From Isurus oxyrinchus (lineage: Eukaryota): DNA of 64,000 nt. This document shows, piece by piece, positions 26,491-39,631 of the stretch. The first letter of the stretch is position 1; every line of letters starts with the position of its first letter. The translations under genes and the position numbers were made by a program. The stretch lies in NCBI GenBank assembly GCA_026770705.1, contig JANJGN010000040.1, positions 8,618,001 through 8,682,000 of the forward strand, read 5' to 3'. The notes under the pieces are model-generated. The model was given only the letters and a program-made list of their open reading frames with translations, made no database searches and was not told the origin of the DNA.

Positions 26491-28119
26491 GTGTGAAAGA
26501 CACATTATAAACTGTGCCTACTTGTTTCCAGTTCTACTGTTAGTTCAAAGGGAGCAGCAAATAGAAATCTGACCCTTGCGAAAGTCACTCCTCCATCGCA
26601 TAGTCTAATTCAAGGAACAGTGCACATGATAGATTGTTTCTCAATGTCACAAACTTGTAAATCTGCTCAAAATAACAGATGAGCAGAATCATTGCTCCAG
26701 TACTGTGCTGGGCTCAGACACTGATGTGCTGCTGGTTTTGCTTTGTTGATTCTTCATAATAATTATGATTTGAAAAAAAATGATCACTTTTACTTCACCT
26801 ATTCTTCAGGTAAAGGAATTATGTTTTGTGTGTGCACAGAAATAATTGAAGGAATTAGATGATTCTTCAAAACAAGGAAAAATGCAGCCTGATGGTTCCA
26901 ACTCACAGTAAGTACAATATCAATCACAAAGCACAGAGATACTGCCTGATCTTTAGTCCAAAATGAAACGGTATAGAGACCCACATACTCGTGACATTGA
27001 GAGGCGCCCTTTCAATACAATATTCAAACAGAGCATTGGTGGGAGAAGTTGTTTCCATTTCGCTCCAACCCAGTACACTTGACAACTAGATTCATCAATC
27101 CCAGGGCAAAGCAAATCCACTATTAGTTTTAAGTACACAGTGTCGCCTTGGCCACAAATTAAATACCAATTATTAACTACATCAGGCAACATTTACCCAA
27201 TCGTAAGATACAGAATGAATTGCTGTTGTGCACCCCAGAGTGTAGACTGAGCTACAGATTAAATACCAGTTCCAAAATCTCACTAAGTGTTAGACAAGAA
27301 TGTAGAGTTAAAAAGTCAATTCCCTTTTAACAAACTGCATGAATAACATACCAGACCATGTATCAGATCGATTATTATACTATCATTTCAATTCGTTTTC
27401 ACAGAGAAACAAATTGAACAGCACTACACAACTCACACAAAATGACTGAATGTAACCTTTGGCTATGAAAAAGACATTGAACAGATATTTTACAATAAAC
27501 CAAATGTAAACCAAATATTGATACAGTAATTTACTAAATCACACAGTTACATACAACACCAGAGATGCATAGATAGAGAATAAATGTAACTTAGATTCAC
27601 CTAGCGACAGACATAGAAACAACTAATTCCAGCACACATTCAAACCGGAGACTGAAAAACAAAATTAAAGTGACTTCATACACATTGTCATTGGCAGAAA
27701 GGTGCAGAATGTCACATTTAGTACCAGGGACTGATAAAGGTATCACAAAGTCCACATTCACTTATTGTACCTGAAACTGATGGCCAAAAATATCTCATTC
27801 ACATCGAGCAGTTGAGAGTGAAAAGTAGAGAATGAACCACTCAATCCCATACAATACTGCACAGTGACAGGGACATATAAACACCCCAATCAGGCACTTT
27901 ACAAGGCAATGACACAGAATGAGCAGCACAATTTAAAGTGTCCAGACTGACAGGCACAAGACAAATCTCATTCATGCACAGTAGTAGACAAAGACAGGAA
28001 AAGAAAATCAACCTCAGCCTCATAATTATTTTCAGAAATGGACAGCTAAAGGCTGAATGCCACACTCACAAATGTTAGAGTCAGAATTAATCCCACTCTT
28101 GTGTAACGTCACAGGGACT

Positions 28120-28580
28120 ATTTTTTATTCAGTCATGGGATGTGGGCATCGCTGGCTATGCCAGCATTTATTACCTATCCCTAATTGTCCTTGAGAAGGT
28201 GGTGGTGAGCTGCCACCTTTAACCTCTTCAGTCAATGTGGTGTAGGTACACCCACAAGGCTTTTAGGAAGGGAGTTCTAGGATATTGACCCAGTAACAGT
28301 GAAGGAACAGCTTCAGGATGGTGAATGAATTGGAGAACCACCTATAAATGGTGGTGTTCCTATGTGTCTGCTGTTCCTGTCCTTCTGGATGGTAGTGGCC
28401 ATGGGTATGGAAGGTGCTGCCCAAGGAAGCTTGGTGAGTTCCTGCAGTGCATCTGGTAGATGGTTCACACTGCTACTACTGTGCATCAGCGGTAGAGGGA
28501 GTTGATGTTTGTGGGTGTGGCACCAAACAATGAGGCTGCTTTGCCCTGGATTGTGTCAAGCTTCTTGAGTTTTGTAGGAG
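28120..28580 (-). mobile_element. CR1-clade LINE 3' end
   Basis: Same tail as 53220-53960. The minus strand reads KLKKLDTIQGKAASLFG. Confidence 0.8.
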
Positions 28581-29989
28581 ATGAATGATACAGAATGAAT
28601 AAGGCATTCACATGCAACTCAAGATACTGACAAATGCAGATTGAATGCAACAGTATTATACTCCACAGGAAACTGAAAGAAAACATAGAATAAAACACAC
28701 TTTTCATTGTACAGTAGAAAACATGAAGCAAATTGAATACCAAAATCACAGGATCAAAGAATAACATTTATGTATTTCATCCTGCACTCATTCACAGTAC
28801 CACATCTGACAGATACGGCAGGAAAACAACATTTGGATAAAATATCAGGGACTGATACATACACAATGAATCAGGGACACATATAATTATTCAAAGACTG
28901 ATGACAGCAGAACTAATGTCAAACTCACACTCACTTCCAGATATTGGCAGCTTCAGAATGAGCTCCACATTCACTTGTAATTCCACATTCTGACAGATGG
29001 AATGGATCATAAAATCACATTCAGTTCCACAGACTGACGGGTACATAATTCATCTCATGCTCACACACAGTAACATCGACAGATACACTATTAAAAACTC
29101 TTTCGCAAAAAGCACACGAGACTGACAGATACAGAACTAAATTAACTGTCACATTCAGTACCAGAGAATGGCAGAAAGAGAAAATATCCCACACTGACAC
29201 ACATGACCAGAGTCTTTCAGATACAGAATATATCCCACACTCTCTTCCCAAATCAGAGACCAACAGATGGAGAATTATGGCTGCAACAACTTCGCCCCAA
29301 TGAATGACAGTACAGAATTAATTTAATAATGGATGAGAAATGGAGAGATGCAGATTGACTCTCACACTCGCTGAGTCCCAAGGGCTGACGATCACAGAAT
29401 GAATCCCACAGTCACACCACAACAGTGACAGACAGTGAATGTGACCACACGTGCAGAGCAGAGACTGGGAGGTACAGATTGATATCAGCACTTGCATATG
29501 GAAGCAGAGACTGACGGACACATAATAAATCACTCACACACATTCAGTTCAGAGATTGACAGATGCAGAGTGAATCCTAGCTTTCACATGGCACAAAATT
29601 TGCAATTGGAGAATGAATTCCACCATCACACAAAAAAACAAAGGAGAGTGACAGATACAGAACAAATCTCACTCTTGTACAGTTCACAGAGCTAGAAGTT
29701 ACAGCAGGGATCTCAGAATTGCATTCAGTACTGGAAACAGTCAGATATAGCATTATTTCAACAGTACATTCTTTATCAGGATATGATAGAGGCAGACATT
29801 TAATAGCTAATGAATTAGTCCAAAGCTCTCATTGTGAAGCAGAGAATGATGAGTACATAATGAATCTTACAACCATTCACTTGCATTGACTGGCCGGTAC
29901 AGAATGAATTACTAACTCACACATAGAATCAGTGATAGACAGATACTGAACAAATGCATTTCACAGATAGAGCAGTTGCTAATACTGTT

Positions 29990-30570
29990 CCATTTGTTCT
30001 TTGGATGTTTGTGTCACTAGAAAGTCCAGGAGTTTTGACTCTCCCTAATTGTCATTTTGAAGGCGGTGGTGGACTGCCTTCTGTCTGATGCTGTCTGTCA
30101 TCCATAGGTGTGGCAAATTTGTTGTTAGGTAGCAAGTTCCAGGATTTGATGATGATGACTGAATGGTGACAAATTTCCAAGTCCGGATGGTGTTTGAATT
30201 GGGGGTGACCTTGCAGGTGGTGTTGTTCCAGGCACCTTCTGTCCATGTTCTTCTAGGTATAACCGGTTGCAGGTTTGGAGGACACAGTTGAAGAAGTCTT
30301 CTTGCGTTGCTGCAGTAGATCTCATAGATGGTACAAACTGTGTGACAGTGGGGGAGGGAACGGGATCATGAATGGTGTGTCAATCAAACACTTTGTCCAG
30401 AATATTATTGATCTGCATGAGTGTTGTTGGGAGTGCACTCAGTAGTGGAAAGTATTTAATCACACTCCTTACTAGTAGTCTGTACGTTGCAGAATAGGCT
30501 TTAGGGAGCGAAAATGTCAGTTAATCACTGTGGACCTGCTTTGACCTGTTCTGAAGCTGTAGTAGTTGTG
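29990..30570 (-). mobile_element. CR1-clade LINE 3' end, degraded
   Basis: HHPDLEICHHSV...KSWNLLPN, the same family as 53226-53561. Confidence 0.7.
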
Positions 30571-31989
30571 TGGCAAAGTAAGTTTAAACCTTGCAATCAT
30601 TTACCATAAACTAACAAGCACAAAAAAAGATGGATGGTCATACTCAAGTGAGATACCACATTGTAGGGAAAAAGCCACACTCACTTATCATAGATGTGCA
30701 GGCAAAGCACAAATCCCACAGTCACATCTCAATTATAAAGAAGTCCATAATAAAATCAACTTTCACAGGTTTTGAACAGACAGGGAAATGAATACAAATG
30801 TTCACCAATCAGACACAGACACCGAATCATAGCAACATCTACATTCTATAGGTTAAAAAATTCACAGTAAAACCTACATCTCATTAAACAAAATGAAGAG
30901 ATACCGAATAAAAACATATTCTGTTACAGTAACTGACAGGTGCAGAATTAGATCAACATTCTCATTTCAGATACACACAATTGCAGAGTTAAAGCCTAAA
31001 TATCATTCAACGAACTGACAGGCACAGAGCGACCACACATTGACTTGCCAGAATTTAAAAGGTACAGGAGAAAAACCTTTCTTCCATACCAGAGACTAAC
31101 TTGTACAGAGAAAAATAGACACTCATGTAGCTGTAACTGACAGGTGCAGAAGAAGATCCTGATTCACAGACTGGAAACTGTCAAGTAAAGATTAAAGCCA
31201 AAAATAACAAATTAGACACTGAGGTTCACAGCAATCCCATATTCACTTGTCAGAAATTAACTTATAAAGAGTAAGGCCTTTTCTCCCACACTGGAAATGT
31301 CCAAGGACAAAGGAAAACCCAGATACATATTTAAGAAATTGACCGACCCAAAGCAAAGCCAGCATTCACTACAGCAAAAAATGACAGGAACAAAATAAAA
31401 TACTCATGTAACAAAAATAGGCACATATAATTAAGTCCACATGTCCAAAACTGAAAGTTAAAATCCACAATCACACATCAGTAAGTGACTTGTACAATAA
31501 AGCCCAGATTCTCATAGCAGAAACAGATGGTGATAGAGCAAACTAATTCTCACTGAACCAGAAACTGGGCAGGGCAGAATACAGATAACACCCATTTTCC
31601 AGAAACAGACAAGTGGACATAAAATAAGGTACTTGCATAAAAGAGATTGACAGAAACAGATTAAGGCACATTGCCCCACTTAAAAGTTTGACAAGTGCAG
31701 TATATAACCCAGTCTTCCAAAATACTGACTTGTACAGAGTGAAAACAACACTAACATGGCAGGAAATCACATATTCGATATAAATCCACACAGACGTACC
31801 ACTTGCTGACGGTTATAGAGTTATATATAATGCATATATAATAAATCAGGAAATGCATACGACCATAGCAGAGTCTAGCAGATAGAGATTAAAATCCAAA
31901 AACTTAGCAGGAACCAAAATTTACAGGACAAAGCCCACAATCACATATCGGACAGTGAGGGAATCAGAGTAAAACCAACATTGACATAG

Positions 31990-32430
31990 ATGAGACAAAC
32001 TGGTCGTATGAGGAAAAGTTGCTCGATTTAGGCCAATACTCAGTGGAGTTGAGAAGAATGGGAGGTGATCTTATTTAGAAGTATAAGTTTCTGAGGGGAC
32101 TTGACGGGGCAGATTCTGGGAGGACATTCCCCCTCATGAGGAGACTAGAACTATGGTCCAAAGCTGAAAAATAAAGTGTCTCCCATTTTAGACTGCAATG
32201 AGAAGGATTTTTTCTCCCAAAAGATGGTTAGACTTTGGGATTCTCGTCCCTGGAGAGCAGTGGAGGCTGGGCCTTTGAATAAATTCAAAGCTGTGTTGGG
32301 CTGATTTCTGATTGACAAGGGAGCCGAGACTTGGGGGACCAGGCAGGAAAGGTCACAGTTATATCAGCCATGGTCTTATTGAATAGTGGAGCATATTCAA
32401 GGGGCCAAATGACCTACTCCTGGTCCTATT
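31990..32430 (+). mobile_element. CR1 LINE 3' end
   Basis: ELRRMGGDLI.KYKFLRGLD motif and a tail ending in CCTACTCCTGGTCCTATTT. Confidence 0.75.
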
Positions 32431-32814
32431 TATTATGTTCTTATTTTTTAAGATGAAATGTGACAATTGCATGAGAGAAGTTAATAAGAATAGTGTATCT
32501 CCCACAATTATATGACGGAAAATAATAGGCAGACTAAAATCCACGATTGATGGCAGGTAATGCGCATGCTCACACATCAGATACTGACCAATTCAGTGTA
32601 AAAGGCACATTGACATTCCAGAAATGGATATTATAATACCATAAATTCCCACTCATCTCAAAAAAAACAAGAGATACAGACTAAAACCCATACTCTCAAA
32701 CTACAGAAAGACACAATGTGAAACTAAACTCACTGGCAAGCAACCAACTTGTCCAAAATAAAACACTTACATCATCCCTGTTAATTTCAAGTATATGTGT
32801 AAGACCATCACTGG

Positions 32815-32975
32815 CTCAAAACAGAAACAGAATTACCTGGAAAAACTCAGTAGGTCTGGCAGCATCGGCGGAGAAGAAAAGAGTTGATGTTTCGAGTCCT
32901 CATGACCCTTCTGTTTTTCCAGGTAATTCTATTTTTGTTTTGGATTTCCAGCATCCGCAGTTTTTTGTTTTTATC
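32815..32975. mobile_element. Penelope pseudo-LTR-derived inverted element
   Basis: Near-identical to 57735-57830, then folds back (TTTTTCCAGGTAATTC...CCAGCATCCGCAG). A direct repeat ATCACTGGCTCAA lies on both sides. Confidence 0.8.
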
Positions 32976-33814
32976 ACTGGCTCAACACGAACTGACAGCT
33001 GCGTTGTGCAACACTCTTACACGTACCAAATCTGACAGGTAGATTGTCAAAGTTACATTCACATATAAGAAACTTATAGACACAGGGAGTTTTAAAAAAA
33101 CACTCTTCCACACATACCTGACACTGCCAGAAACACAGTGAAGCCACACTCAAAATAAGAAACTAGAAGCTACAAAAAAAACACACAATTGTGCCAAATA
33201 TTGATATGCACACAGTAAAAAAACCTTCACATATCAGAAATGAGCGTGTGCAGACAAATTGCACACCATACCACAGACTGAGAAATATGGAGTAAAAATA
33301 TCACTTTCCATACCAAATACCAACAGTACAGAATAAAATACAAAATTACCTACTGACAGATAAGGAGTAAAACCCACACACACACATCAGTGATTGATGG
33401 AAACAAAACCTGCATTCACTGAACAAAGATTGGCAAATACAGACAAAAACAGATCGTCACCTATCAGGAACTGACAATAGCAGATGAAAAGCCACATCCA
33501 CATTTGGGAGATTGAAAGAGACAGAGTCAAACCCACACTCATGTAGCAGAGACTGACAGGTGCAGATTAAAATATAGACTGACGTAGGAGAGACTGACAG
33601 GAACACAGAAAACACTTCCTTTGAAGCTGCATGGTATGGAGATTTAAAGCCATAAGTAGGAGATTAAATGTTATGAATTAATTGTTGTAATCAACTGGCT
33701 CAAACTGACATAGATTAAAAGCTTTATCCAAATATCACTTACTGATAGGCCACATTCACATAGCTACAGAGGACAAATATCTGAAGCGACAGAATAGAAA
33801 TCCAATTGCTGAAT

Positions 33815-35950
33815 AGCCGAAAAGGGAAGAAATTAGAATTGTGTGATCCATTTCACTGCTTAATGTGGACAACAAAATTCTGTCCAAGGCCATTTCCAAT
33901 CGGCTGTGGGGCTGGTGATCCACCCTGACTAGACCTGCGCTGTACATGGCAAGAAGATATCTGATACCCCTCACTACTCAGGGCAATAATTGCAGGATTG
34001 GAGCGGCTGGAGACCTACCTCATCAGCGTGGGCCAGGAGAAGGCCAATGGCAGAATATTACGCGCCTACTTGATGGATCCGCCCTCCAAAATGGAGTTTG
34101 GAGAGGGAATCTGCAGTTGGGTCCAGCTGCTCTATATAAACCTCAGTAGTGCAGTTTCAGGCAATGGCTGAGAATTGGAAATCTTTCTGATAAATCTGAA
34201 GCACTCTCTCCCCTCTCCTGTTCATATTTTGCATAGAACCTTTTACTGAGTCCATCAGGAAGGATTCGGGTATAAGAAGGGTGACAATTCCAGGCAGCGG
34301 AGGCACTCAGGTCAAAGCCTCCCTGTACAGCGACACCATCATCGTCTTCTGCTTGGATCCACTGATGGTGTACAGACCTGTGATTGGTTCAAACTGGCCT
34401 CGGGAGCCAAGCTAAATTGTGGCAAGAGTGACATCATGTTCTTTGGGGACCTAGGCTGACCATTTCTTTGTCCCCTTCACTGTCAGTTCAGGCTGTCTGA
34501 AGGTGCTGGGGATATGGTTCTGGGCATGCACTGGAGACTGAAAGGAGCAAGGAGTTAAGGTCAAAGACAAACTGGGCATGCGGGAGCAACGCTTCCTCTC
34601 CATCACTGCTAAGAAACCCTTAATCAGGTATGAAACACTCTTGGTGTTGTGCATGGTGCAGGTTTGGCCCTTTCATTACTCCTACACTGTGGTGATCACT
34701 TGAACTATCTTCTGCTTTATCTGGAGGTTGAAAATGGACCATGTTCACAGGGACATGGCATACAAACCTCTAGATAAATGGGGACAAAATGTGACCAACA
34801 TCACCCTCATCCTAATGGCCCTGTTGTGTGTGGCTGCATCAGGCTGTGCATAGACCCCCGGGAAGCAAATAGCAAGTGTCAATATGTGCTGAGGTTCTAC
34901 CTGACCCGGTGTCACAAGGATCGGTCTGGCCGTGTTAACGTGGAACACCACCTATCACTTGTGGAAAATTTTATGCAGAAAAACATCTTTGAGGACAACT
35001 CCATCCAGCAGTGGTACCCACTGCTACAGATCTACAGGTACAGCAGGATAAGGTGATGGTAGATTCTGTCAGATAGCCTGCTCAATGAACTATCAAAGTT
35101 TTTTGACAGAAAGCCTCATCACCAGAACTTTCAAACAACCCCTAGGATGTAGCTTGGCTGGTGGTGAGAAAGGGCCTCCCCATCATTTCCTTCCTACAAG
35201 CCCGAAGTCTCTTCCCTTCTGCTCATCACACTCAGTGGCTGTAGTGGAGAAGAGACCATTGTTCTGCTCCTCCTGGGATGTATCTTTTCCAAGAAGGTCT
35301 GGCTAGAGATGCAGTGGTGTTTGTCGAAGTTCATCCTGAGCAGCTCTGTGATGTAGGACTCAGTGCTCTACGGCCTGTTCCCAGGGACACACACCAAGAT
35401 AAACATCAATTGCAGCTGGAGGATCATCAGCTCTTTGGTCTGCCCGAAACTTGCCTATCTTTTGAGTGATATAGACTGGCACATTCCAAGATCCAAGACT
35501 ATGTGCTGAGGAACACATTAAAGCTTGGAACAGCCACCACAGAGGTTCAGTGGGGAAAGGTCACTGCTGAATGCCTTTCACCCATAGTGCACTGAGGGCC
35601 TGAAGAATTTTATAGCACCCCTGGGGCTGTATGCCTGACATTGATTGTACTTTGTGAATATCAAGAGTAACAGAAATTGGATTGAAGCACCTCAGAGAGG
35701 AACTTGCTGCATGAAGGCAAGTTGAATTCTGATGCCGTTTCTGTAATGTTTCAGTTTGAAAAAAATTGCCCTTGGGCTGTGTTCCTGACATGGAACATAT
35801 ATTATAAACATCAGGGGAATTACAACTGTGGAGAGGCACCTAGGGGTGGGGACAAGCTGAACTTTGTTGCGCTTGCGGTAATTTTCAAGTTGAAATGGTT
35901 TGCAATGTACTCCTACACATGAATAAAGTGTATTTCTGGAGGAAAAAAAG
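33815..35950 (+). mobile_element. Old 5'-truncated Tx1/L1-clade LINE (degraded RT, C-terminus, 3' UTR with AATAAA and A-rich end)
   Basis: SLLNVDNKILSKAIS, VIHPD.TCAV, IEPFTESIRKD, KASLYSDT and KVLGIWF remnants. AATAAA at 35922 is followed by GAAAAAAAGAAAA. Confidence 0.8.
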
Positions 35951-36307
35951 AAAAGAAGGAAACAGTTGCCAAGAAAGGGTGAAAGAAACCTCTGGGTAAA
36001 GGGCAGGAATATTCAGGAAAATTTGAGGAAGGAGAGTTACTCCATCTACATCTACAAAGTGATGAAGCAGGTTCACCCCGACACCGGCATCTCCTCCAAG
36101 GCCATGAGCATCATGAACTCGTTCGTGAGCGATATTTTCGAGCGCATCGCGGGTGAGGCTTCCCGCCTGGCCCATTACAACAAGTGCAGCACCATCAGCT
36201 CCCGGGAGATCCAGACCGCCGTGCGCCTGCTGCTGCCTGGGGAACTGGCCAAGCACGCCGTGTCGGAAGGGACAAAGGCGGTGACCAAGTACACCAGCTC
36301 CAAGTAA
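35950..36307 (+). pseudogene. H2B pseudogene: no promoter or ATG, decayed N-terminal tail, near-intact histone fold
   Basis: [15 protein letters not shown]...[10 protein letters not shown]...KYTSSK. The upstream ~70 bp is a mutated tail with indels and a TGA, abutting the LINE A-tail. Confidence 0.9.
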
Positions 36308-36346
36308 AACCCCACAACGGACTGAAAAACACATTCAAAACACAAC

Positions 36347-36362
36347 GGCTCTTTTAAGAGCC
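36347..36362 (+). terminator. Histone 3' stem-loop of the H2B pseudogene
   Basis: GGCTCTTTTAAGAGCC followed by ACCCA. Confidence 0.93.
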
Positions 36363-37789
36363 ACCCACAATCTCTCCGAAAAAGCTGCACCATCTTTTCC
36401 CATTATTGAGTTAATGATAAATATCTTGCTGGAGGATTGTAGGTCACTTTTCCAATGCTTTCCAATCTGATCACATGTTTCTCCAAAATGCAGTTTCTGT
36501 ACCAGTGCAATGTCTGTTTCTCTATTCAGTATTTGCGATGTAAACTGAACATTGGTCCCTGACCCTTTGTCCAATTTCTTGGCCTCACCTGTTAATGTTC
36601 CGCCTTCTCCCACTCAGTTAAAGTGGATTTTAAGGGAATGTGTCAGTCTTCTCCTTTTCCAGTGTGTTTACTTATTGGGAAATGTTAATTCATTAACCTT
36701 AAACCGCTGGAGTGCAGAAACTTTAATGTCACTTTCTAACTTCTTACCCCAGAAGCCTGGACTCTGGATTCACTCCCTCGGCTGCTCCTATCACCAGGCA
36801 TCAATCTCTAATCTGTGATGTGTTATCTTTACAATGATTGAGTTGGACTGAGTCCTGTTACAGAATGTTGTGAATGGGTCTTCCTACCTGCCCTTTACAG
36901 ATTGTGAAACTGTCAAGGAACAATCAAACTGAATTGGGAGTGAATTTTAAAACCAAAGCAAAGTTTCACTAAAGTGGTCCCTGGGATGTGGCGATTGTCC
37001 TACGATGAGACAAATTGGGCTTTTTTTTCTCTCTCTAGTGTTTGGAAGGATGAGAGGCAATCTCATTGAAACAAACAGGATTCTGAATGGGGCTTGATGT
37101 GGTAAAAACTGGGAGATTGTTTCCGCTGTTTGGGGAATCTAAAACACTGGCACTGTCTCAGATAATAATCATTTAGGATTGAGATGAGGGGAAATTTCAG
37201 CACTGTGAATCTTTGGAATTCTCTGCTCAGGGTTTCCAATGGCAGCTTCATATGTAAACATGTCATGCTGCAGTTCACCAGCCTCTCCAGTGGAGGTGTT
37301 GCAGTAATTCATCAAACCCCTGGAGTCAGACCACTCAGCACAGAGACTGGGATCTTCCTGTGCTCCATGTGTGGGTTTCAGTGCCTGTGTTAGAGCACCT
37401 CACTGAGCGCAGGCTGGGAATAGAAACTGCGTGTCTGTGTGTCACTGCAACACACCTGGTGAAAGTAGCTCATTCAGCACATACAGGGCTGGGATTTCCC
37501 TGTGCTCTCTCTCTGGGGCTCAGTTTACTCTGAGTGGATATCCCTCATTCTTTGGTTTGAGTTACAGCTTCTCTCTTACAGTTAGCCTGGGTGTTCCTGA
37601 CTGAGCAGAGTGCCTCAATCCTGTCTCACTCACCACACACATTGAGGTGGATGTGCTGCCTCCCGAGATACAGGTGATCAAGAACTCACGTCTCCGCTAC
37701 ACTCGTTAACTTTACTGACCCCTAGTCCTTGAATCATCATTGGTTACCCTGGAATATCAGGTACATTATCATCTTCACCTGCTGTGAAC

Positions 37790-39380
37790 ACTGACCTGAC
37801 AGTGAAAAGGCATTGGAGGAGGATGGTGAAGTCAACAGTGTCAAAGGTCGAGAAGGATGAGGAGGGATTGATCAGCTGGGTCAGACTGTACTCGTCTGGT
37901 CCCATTCTATCTTTCCAGAGTATCACCTGCGATGCCTTCTCTTCCCATTCCTGCTCTTGTTACCTCTGGAATCCCCCAGGGATTTATCCTTGGCTCCTCC
38001 TATTTCTCATCTATATGCTGCCCCTTGGTGACATTATCTGAAAACACAGTGTTAGTTATCACATGTATCCTGACAGCACCAGCTCCAGCTCCAGCTCACC
38101 ATCACCTCTCACAACTCCTGCACTGTCATTAAATGATCAGACTTCTTATCCAACATGTAATACTGGATAAACAGAAAATTCCCCCAACTAAATATTCAGA
38201 AGACCAAAGACCACACTACAAATTCCATTCCCAGTCACTGACTCTATCCCTCTCCCTGGTCACTGTCTGAGACTGAAACAAACTCTCATAACCTTGGCAC
38301 TCTCATAACTTTGACCCTGAAATGAGCTTCTGACCACATATCAGTCCCTTCACTAAGATCACCTATTTCCAGGTCTGTAACATTGCACATTTTATTTTAA
38401 TGTGAGTGTCGCTGGCTAGGCCAGCATTTATTGTCCATCCCTAATTGCCTTTGAGACTCACATGTAGGCCAGACCAGGTAAGGACGGCAGATTTCCTTCC
38501 CTAAAGGGAATTAGTGAACCAGATGGGTTTTTACAACAATTGATAATGGTTTCATGGTCATCATTAGACTTTTTTTTATATTGAATTCAATATCCACCAT
38601 CTGCCATGGTGGGATTCGAACCCAGCATCCCCAGGGCATTACCTGGGTCTCTGGATTACCAATCAAGTTAAATACCAATAATTACCAACACCACTATGCC
38701 ACAACCTTCCCATGTCACTATGCCTCAAACTCACCTGTACCTGAAACCTTCATCCACTGCTCAAACCCTCACCATGCTTTTGTTCCCTCTAGATTTGACC
38801 ATTCAAACACACTCCTGGCCAACCTCCCATTTTTCACCCTCCAGAGAGTGAAGCTCATCCAAAACTCTGCTTCCTGGATCTGAGTTCAATCCAAATGGCG
38901 GTCACCCATCACCCCTGTGCACGTTAACCTATACCTGGTCTCAATTATAAAATTCCCACGCTTGTTTTCAAATCCCTTCATGACCTCACCTCTTCCTATC
39001 TCTGGAATCTCCTCCAGCCCGACAATGCTCTGAGAAATCTGAGCTCCACTAATTTCAGAACATCCCTGATTTTAATCACTCTATCATTGGTGGCTGTGCC
39101 TTCAGCTCCTGGGCCCCAAGCTCTGGAATTCCCTCCCGAAGCCACTCTGCCTGTATCTGGCTTTCCTCCTTCCCCTACCTGGAGCCCATTCCCTCCATTT
39201 CTTTCCCCCTTCCTCTCCCCCGGGTTCCTCCTCTCTCACTCTCTGGCTTTACACAGTCCAGTTGCTGTTTTTATTGGCATCAGTGAAATGTAGTTTCTGT
39301 ATTTCCCACAGCAGTGACTACACTTTAAAAGGAATTCATTGTCTGTAAAGCTCCTTGGGAAATCCTGAGTTTGTGAAGGA
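37790..39380 (+). mobile_element. L2-clade LINE 3' part with inverted 5' segment, interrupted by another repeat (~38395-38710)
   Basis: GIPQGFILG, HAFVPSRFDHSNTLLA.LP, KLIQNSA and HPSPLC-type L2 motifs on +. FDTVDFTILLQ lies on - at 37795-37868. Confidence 0.75.
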
Positions 39381-39631
39381 AAATACATACATGCAAGATT
39401 TTGTTTTTCTCATAGAAACATAGGAGTCACAGAAAACACTGAAGAGGCCACTCAGCCAATTTAGTATGTGATGGCTGCACCCTCTGAAACCCTTCTACAG
39501 CCCTGCACCACTCAACAAGCCCCAACCCCCCTCCCATCAACACTGCACCCTAGTCTCCTCCTCTTGATCTCCTTCCCCACCCACTGAAACTCTTCCCCAC
39601 CAGGTAAAGCCCTTTCCCCAGCCTCTGACCC

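Larger units (their letters stand above)
27200..33770 (-). repeat. Long degenerate 40-46 bp tandem array interrupted by LINE and Penelope fragments
   Basis: ACTGACAGATACAGAA / AACTGACAGGTGCAGAA words recur with ~45 bp spacing (27-30 kb) and ~40 bp spacing (31-33.7 kb). Confidence 0.7.

Noticed and set aside
27200-33770. Decayed C2H2 zinc-finger array
   Set aside because: The period is 40-46 bp rather than 84 bp, and there is no HTGEKP or C-x2-C pattern.
35659-35668. TATCAAGAGT, a 10 bp match to the Tx1 target, in the old LINE 3' UTR
   Set aside because: A single short match with no surrounding unit homology is compatible with chance.
35966-36307. 113 aa H2B variant protein
   Set aside because: It begins at a TTG inside the decayed tail, with no ATG or histone promoter upstream.
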